From an uncultured Lactobacillus sp. (GTDB lineage: Bacteria > Bacillota > Bacilli > Lactobacillales > Lactobacillaceae): a stretch of DNA of 64,000 nt. Location: NCBI GenBank assembly GCA_945873395.1, contig CAMCCW010000001.1, positions 22,467-86,466 on the forward strand, in the 5' to 3' direction. A program made the translations under genes and the position numbers. How positions within the stretch are numbered: the stretch's first letter is position 1; each line of letters begins with the position of its first letter. Positions 58,939-64,000 of this stretch are shown here, piece by piece. The notes under the pieces are model-generated. The model saw only the letters and a program-made list of their open reading frames with translations. It did not search any database and was not told the DNA's origin.

Positions 58939-59391
58939 ATGAAAGTTATTTTTACACAAGATGTTCGTGGCCGGGGTAAGCGCGGTCAGGTTAAGGAAGT
59001 TCCCGATGGCTATGCCCAAAACTACCTGATCAAGCGGGGTCTGGCTAAGCAAGCCACCAAGGCCGCGATGAGCCAACTGGCTGGTCAGCAACGGGCCGAA
59101 GCTAAGCACGCTGCTGAAGAGCTGGAAGAGGCTAAGCGCCTAAAGAAGGTTCTAGAAGACGACAAGACGGTCGTTGAGCTCAGCGGAAAGGCTGGTACGG
59201 ACGGACGGATGTTTGGTTCAATCTCAACCAAGCAGATCGCCACGGCCCTGCAAAAGCAATACAAGATCAAGATCGACAAGCGTAAGATCGAGCTAGCTGC
59301 GCCGATCAAGGCCTTGGGCTACGTTAACGTACCGATCAAGCTCCACCCCGAAGTTAGTGCCGAAATTCGGGTACATATTGCGGAAAAGTAG
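58939..59391 (+). CDS. rplI: 50S ribosomal protein L9
   Basis: 150 aa starting MKVIFTQDVRGRGKRGQVKEV. ATG 58939 lies 8 nt after GAGGAG. Confidence 0.95.
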   Translation: MKVIFTQDVRGRGKRGQVKEVPDGYAQNYLIKRGLAKQATKAAMSQLAGQQRAEAKHAAEELEEAKRLKKVLEDDKTVVELSGKAGTDGRMFGSISTKQIATALQKQYKIKIDKRKIELAAPIKALGYVNVPIKLHPEVSAEIRVHIAEK

Positions 59392-59439
59392 TTTAATCGG
59401 TATAATTGAATTTCGATTTATTAAAAGCGAGGTATCGTC

Positions 59440-60834
59440 ATGGATAATGCACCAATGCAAGAAGAGCCACACGATATTGAAGCTGAAAAGGCAGTTCTCG
59501 GAGCTGCTTTTTTAAGTAAGAACGCGTTGGCCGACGCAATGGAATACTTGCAACCCGGAGATTTTTACAAGCGGGCCCACCAGATTATCTTTTCGAAGAT
59601 GGTGGCGTTAAATGATGACGACCAACCAATTGACGTGGTAACGATCAAGAGTGCCCTGGATAAGGACAAACAGACCGAAAACGTTGGTGGGATGGTCTAC
59701 CTGGCCGAACTGGCCTCGTCAGTTCCGTCCGCGGCTAATGTGACCTTCTATGCCAAGATTGTCCATGATAAGGCCGTGCGGCGAAACTTGATCAATACCG
59801 CTACCAAGATCATCAACGAAGGGTATGCGGATGATAATGACACCACCGACCTGATCGACCAGGCGGAGCAGTCCATTTTGCACGTGTCCGAGTCAAACAA
59901 CCAGGACGGCTTCCAGAATATCCAGCAGGTCCTGAATAGTGCGATGAACCACATCGAGACTCTCTCTGGTAATGACTCGGAGATCACTGGTCTGGAGACG
60001 GGGTACCCCCAACTGGACCGGATGACGACTGGTTTCCACCCCGATGAACTGGTAATCATTGCGGCTCGGCCAGCGGTGGGAAAGACCGCTTTTGCCCTTA
60101 ACATTGCCCAGAATGTTGCTACCAAGACTGACAAGACGGTGGCAATCTTCAGCCTGGAAATGGGGGCCGAGTCACTGGTCAACCGGATGTTGTGTGCTGA
60201 GGGGAATATTGATGCTAACCACCTCCGGACCGGTAACCTGACTCCAGATGAGTGGGAGAGCCTGTTCTTTGCAGCGGGGACGCTGTCAAATGCCCACCTC
60301 TATATCGACGACACCGCCGGGATCAAGGTGGCCGAGATTCGGGCCCGCTGCCGCCGTTTGAAGAAGGAGACTGGTAACCTGGGCCTGATCGTGATCGATT
60401 ATCTGCAGCTGATTGAAGGGAGTAATCCGGATAACCGGCAACAGGAAGTGTCCGAGATTTCGCGGCAGCTCAAGAAGCTGGCCAAGGAATTAGAGGTACC
60501 AGTGATTGCACTGTCACAGCTCTCCCGGGGAGTTGAACAGCGGCAAGATAAGCGGCCAGTCCTGTCTGATATTCGTGAATCTGGATCAATTGAGCAGGAT
60601 GCGGATATTGTTAGCTTTCTCTATCGTGACGACTACTACGAGCACGATGATGGAGACGATGACCAGCAGGATGGTGGTCAAAACGGTGGTGGCGATGACT
60701 CTAATGTTAGTGAAGTCGAAGTCATCATTGAGAAGAACCGGAGTGGTCCACGGGGGACGGTTAAGCTGTTGTTTGCTAAGTCTTACAACAAGTTTGCTTC
60801 TGTGGCCTACGTGCCGGGAGAACAACAAAATTAA
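59440..60834 (+). CDS. dnaB: Replicative DNA helicase
   Basis: 464 aa with the Walker A ARPAVGKTAFALN and a RecA-like core. It has an unusual Asp/Gly-rich insertion near the C-terminus (HDDGDDDQQDGGQNGGGDD). Confidence 0.95.
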   Translation: MDNAPMQEEPHDIEAEKAVLGAAFLSKNALADAMEYLQPGDFYKRAHQIIFSKMVALNDDDQPIDVVTIKSALDKDKQTENVGGMVYLAELASSVPSAANVTFYAKIVHDKAVRRNLINTATKIINEGYADDNDTTDLIDQAEQSILHVSESNNQDGFQNIQQVLNSAMNHIETLSGNDSEITGLETGYPQLDRMTTGFHPDELVIIAARPAVGKTAFALNIAQNVATKTDKTVAIFSLEMGAESLVNRMLCAEGNIDANHLRTGNLTPDEWESLFFAAGTLSNAHLYIDDTAGIKVAEIRARCRRLKKETGNLGLIVIDYLQLIEGSNPDNRQQEVSEISRQLKKLAKELEVPVIALSQLSRGVEQRQDKRPVLSDIRESGSIEQDADIVSFLYRDDYYEHDDGDDDQQDGGQNGGGDDSNVSEVEVIIEKNRSGPRGTVKLLFAKSYNKFASVAYVPGEQQN

Positions 60835-60955
60835 TGTTTGAGAATTGGTCGATGGACTGTTTCTCGTTTACGTAACTATGTATAGAAGGGGGCGTTTCAG
60901 ATTTACTGGAGGGCTCTTTTCGTTCGCTTAAGGAGAAAAACAAGGAGGCGTTAGG

Positions 60956-62161
60956 ATGAACCGTCAAACAAAGGGAATTGAGTTGAAATGGCTGCTGTTA
61001 GGGATGTTCTTTGGGAGTATCGGTAACAGCTTTGTCTGGCCATTGACCACGATTTATATGCATGAACAGCTACACGAGTCATTAACCGTATCAGGGATTG
61101 TGTTGTTATTTTATTCCGGGGCCAATGTGGTCGGTAGCTATATCAGTGGCCTTCTCTTTGATAAACGGAATCCGCGCCACCTGATGCTAGGTGGGACCAT
61201 CGCCGCGACCATCGTGATCGGCGCGATGATCTTCTTCAACGGTTGGCCCATCTACGCCATCCTGTTAACGGCGATTGGCTTTTTCAACGGCTGGATCATT
61301 ACGATGGTTAACTCGTTTGGGACCCGGTTGCACAAGGATGGGCGTTATGTCTTCAACATGCTCTATTTCGCTAACAACTTGGGAATGGTGATCGGAACCA
61401 CGATTGTCGGTCCCCTCTACCAGCACGCTCACGGAAACATTTCGCCACTGTTTACCATTACGACGATCCTCTACATCCTCTTCACGATCGTCGTCTTCGT
61501 CTACTTCCGTGAGGACCCACACCCAGCAGCGGTGGATCCAGAGCGGTTCAAGAGCGATGAACCGGAGACAACGACCAAACTTCCCCGGGCCAATCTGTGG
61601 ATCACCTGGATTTTCTTTGTGGCGCTCTGTGTGGTCTGGACGATGTACGAACAATGGTCCAGTAACCTGTCTGTCTTCATGACTGAACAGGGGATTTCAA
61701 TGACCAAGTACAGCCTGCTGTGGACGTTGAACGGGGTCTTGATTGTTGTCATGCAACTGCTTTTGACCTGGTTGAACCGCTGGGACAACAACCCTTACAT
61801 CCAGGTCTTCATTGGGATCTTTACCGTTGGCTTCTCCTTCGTTCTCTTGCTATTTGCTAAGAGCTATGTCTGGTACGTCGTTGCCATGGTAATTCTGACG
61901 ATCGGGGAGGCCACGGCCTTTCCAACAATGCCTGCAATCGTCAACAGCCTCTCGCCAGTCGATGTCAAGGGGAAGTACCAGGGGATCCTCAACGCGTTCT
62001 CGTCACTCGGAAAGGCATTTGGGCCGTTGTTTGGGGGATTGATCATCGGAGCAGCCTCCTACCATGTTCTCTTTGTGGTCTGTGCTGTTTCAATCTTTGC
62101 AATGGAAATTATTGTCTGGGTAGTTGTCCAGCTGAACAAGGCCCAGACGGTCAAGTACTAA
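60956..62161 (+). CDS. MFS transporter
   Basis: 401-aa polytopic ORF with an MFS-type loop (LFDKRNPRH). Confidence 0.85.
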   Translation: MNRQTKGIELKWLLLGMFFGSIGNSFVWPLTTIYMHEQLHESLTVSGIVLLFYSGANVVGSYISGLLFDKRNPRHLMLGGTIAATIVIGAMIFFNGWPIYAILLTAIGFFNGWIITMVNSFGTRLHKDGRYVFNMLYFANNLGMVIGTTIVGPLYQHAHGNISPLFTITTILYILFTIVVFVYFREDPHPAAVDPERFKSDEPETTTKLPRANLWITWIFFVALCVVWTMYEQWSSNLSVFMTEQGISMTKYSLLWTLNGVLIVVMQLLLTWLNRWDNNPYIQVFIGIFTVGFSFVLLLFAKSYVWYVVAMVILTIGEATAFPTMPAIVNSLSPVDVKGKYQGILNAFSSLGKAFGPLFGGLIIGAASYHVLFVVCAVSIFAMEIIVWVVVQLNKAQTVKY

Positions 62162-62174
62162 GGAAGTAATTGTC

Positions 62175-62483
62175 GTGTTTTATAACAACTTTGACAATGT
62201 TCATGGCGAGGACCGCTACGGAATGGTCGGGAAGACCGGTGACGGTTTTCGTGAAAATCGGCAACTGAAGATTTCGTGCTACAAGTGCCATAAGGAACCG
62301 CTGGTGATTGCAGAACGGAACTGGATGGATACCAACCAGGACGACTCGCAGCGCTATCAGATTGTGGTGGCATGTGAGCATTGCGGGGCGGTTGACGAAT
62401 TTATTGTCAATGATGGTCGTGAGGGTAAGATCGGTAATCTGAAGCATGGCAAGCAGCCGGTCTACCCCGAACAACTGAATTAA
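62175..62483 (+). CDS. Hypothetical small protein with CxxC...CxxC (zinc-ribbon-like) motif
   Basis: 102-aa ORF with a GTG start 13 nt after the MFS stop. Cys pairs are CYKC and CEHC, and a strong terminator follows. No family recognised. Confidence 0.5.
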   Translation: MFYNNFDNVHGEDRYGMVGKTGDGFRENRQLKISCYKCHKEPLVIAERNWMDTNQDDSQRYQIVVACEHCGAVDEFIVNDGREGKIGNLKHGKQPVYPEQLN

Positions 62484-62485
62484 CT

Positions 62486-62525
62486 AAAAAAGATTAGGCA
62501 CTGGATGGAGTGCCTAATCTTTTTA
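62486..62525 (+). terminator. Intrinsic terminator
   Basis: AGATTAGGCAC...GTGCCTAATCT 11-bp stem followed by TTTTT. Confidence 0.8.
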
Positions 62526-62615
62526 GTTTAGAGTTATTTCCTGGGAAATGTCTTGCTTTCCCGACTGGTGATGATGCTAAAATGGGACTTATAAAGGCTA
62601 AGGGAGGTAAGAGCG

Positions 62616-63503
62616 ATGGATACTAAACAGTACCGTTATACGAAAGACAATTTTAACATTAAGAAGGCCCCAACCTGGGTAGCGGATTCTGCTGACCAGC
62701 TCGACAAGATCAAGGACACAATCGGTAAGAATGTAAAGCGAATCAAGGAAGCGCAGAAGAAGATGTATGCCCGTCACCGTTATGGGGTAATTGTCGTCTT
62801 TCAGGCGATGGATGCCGCTGGTAAGGACAGCATGATCTCACACATCTTCTCGGGAGTTAACCCGGTCGGCTTTAAGGTAGCCAATTTTAAGCAACCAACC
62901 CCAGAGGAGCTGCAGCATGACTACCTTTGGCGGATTAACAGAGCTCTGCCGGAACGGGGATTAATCGGGGTATTCAACCGTTCATACTATGAGGATGTCC
63001 TAGTTTCCCGAGTGCACCCAGAACTGATCCTCAAGGCGAACCTGCCGGGAGTAACCACTTTGCCGGATGTTAACGATGAATTTTTCGATATGCGCTATGA
63101 GGATATTCGTAACTACGAACAGCATCTTTCCCGTAATGGCTACATAATCCTAAAGTTCTTCCTTCACGTTTCCAAGGACGAACAGAAGAACCGTTTCCTG
63201 TCTCGGATTGAGACGCCTCGGAAGAATTGGAAGTTCTCTGCGGCCGATATTCGTGAACGGCAGTACTGGGATAAGTATCAGTCAGCCTACAACAAGGCGA
63301 TCAACGCCACTGCCACCAAGGAAAATCCGTGGTACGTCATTCCAGCCGATGACAAATGGTACTCGCGGCTGATTGTCTCTGATATCATCACCAAGCGAAT
63401 TGAAAAGTTGCCACTGGCCTACCCTGAGATGACGCCTGATCAGGAGGGTGAGTTGGCCAAGGCTCACCAGATTCTATTAAACGAAGACGAGAAGAAAGAG
63501 TAA
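62616..63503 (+). CDS. ppk2: Polyphosphate kinase 2 family protein (polyphosphate:nucleotide phosphotransferase)
   Basis: 295 aa with the PPK2 Walker A-like FQAMDAAGKD and a lid/Walker B region (FNRSYYEDVLV). Confidence 0.85.
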   Translation: MDTKQYRYTKDNFNIKKAPTWVADSADQLDKIKDTIGKNVKRIKEAQKKMYARHRYGVIVVFQAMDAAGKDSMISHIFSGVNPVGFKVANFKQPTPEELQHDYLWRINRALPERGLIGVFNRSYYEDVLVSRVHPELILKANLPGVTTLPDVNDEFFDMRYEDIRNYEQHLSRNGYIILKFFLHVSKDEQKNRFLSRIETPRKNWKFSAADIRERQYWDKYQSAYNKAINATATKENPWYVIPADDKWYSRLIVSDIITKRIEKLPLAYPEMTPDQEGELAKAHQILLNEDEKKE

Positions 63504-63509
63504 GATACC

Positions 63510-63541
63510 AAAAAGGATCGCGTAGTGTGCGATCCTTTTTT
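63510..63541. terminator. Bidirectional terminator between ppk2 and phoU
   Basis: AAAAGGATCGC...GCGATCCTTTT stem. Confidence 0.8.
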
Positions 63542-63547
63542 ATGTTG

Positions 63548-64000
63548 TTACTGTTCTTTTAGCTTACGTTCAACCATCGTGGGGTCAGCCTTGCCAGGGT
63601 TTAATTCCACCAATTTTCCGGAACTAATGTAAATGATCCACTCAGCGAGGTTGACGATGTGGTCACCTGATCGCTCAAGGTAGCGGATTACCGCCAGATA
63701 GTCACCGTAAGTTTTAACATTGCCGCCCGCCTTGGCTAGAGCCGTCAGGATGGCTTGTTGCTGCTGAACGTAGATCATGTCGACACGTAAGTCTTCGTTA
63801 GCGACCTCGTATGCCGCCTGCTCATTGGTTTGGGCATAGGCATCGAGAACTTTTTCCAGCATCTCGCGCACGATCATCATCATTTTTTCAATTGGTTCTT
63901 CAATCAGCTCGTTATGCTCCCGATCGCTCAGGTTGATTGCGGCCCGAGCAATGTGGGTAGCGTAGTCCCCAAGCCGTTCGATATCGCTACTGGCCTTTAA
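63548..64000 (-). CDS. phoU: Phosphate signalling complex protein PhoU (C-terminal part; the gene continues past the right edge)
   Basis: The reading frame stays open upstream of the Met used in the ORF track (...ASSDIERLGDYATHIARAAINLSD...). PhoU repeat motifs E-R-x-GD-x-xxNIA are present twice. Confidence 0.85.
   Translation of the reverse strand, partial: LKASSDIERLGDYATHIARAAINLSDREHNELIEEPIEKMMMIVREMLEKVLDAYAQTNEQAAYEVANEDLRVDMIYVQQQQAILTALAKAGGNVKTYGDYLAVIRYLERSGDHIVNLAEWIIYISSGKLVELNPGKADPTMVERKLKEQ

Overview
The window is a chromosomal replication-origin region of a Lactobacillaceae genome. By my reading it is Limosilactobacillus-like, at roughly 50% GC. The core is the conserved block mnmG-mnmE-jag-yidC-rnpA-rpmH (minus strand), a bipartite oriC, then dnaA-dnaN-yaaA-recF-gyrB-gyrA, rpsF-ssb-rpsR, gdpP-rplI-dnaB (plus strand). 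The left 37 kb holds ordinary metabolic and envelope genes. These include pepC, pepN, gldA, a folT-type transporter, asnA-asnS, two tandem aldo/keto reductases, ansA, ribDE(BA)H, an OpuC-like ABC importer, an LCP protein, lepB, murE and asnB. Three cis-regulatory RNAs are recognisable: an Asn T-box before asnA-asnS, an FMN riboswitch before ribD, and a probable THF riboswitch before folT. I saw no rRNA or tRNA gene, CRISPR array, transposase, integrase, prophage or recognisable defence system, and no novel multi-gene protein system. The most unusual feature is a 516-nt gap between asnB and murE. It contains a near-consensus promoter, two diverged tandem 126-nt units and an intrinsic terminator. 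Each unit has two mini-ORFs and hairpins that are maintained by different sequences, and I cannot assign it to any RNA or peptide family I know. Lesser oddities are listed below.
- A LysR regulator is broken by a single in-frame TGA.
- Terminator-containing leaders sit directly in front of a GNAT gene and of mnmE.
- Two consecutive terminators follow the FMN aptamer.
- A long nested-hairpin element lies after gldA.
- An amidohydrolase gene is inserted between rpsR and gdpP.
- A Cys4 mini-protein follows an MFS gene.
All calls come from reading the sequence and the ORF track. No database search was run.
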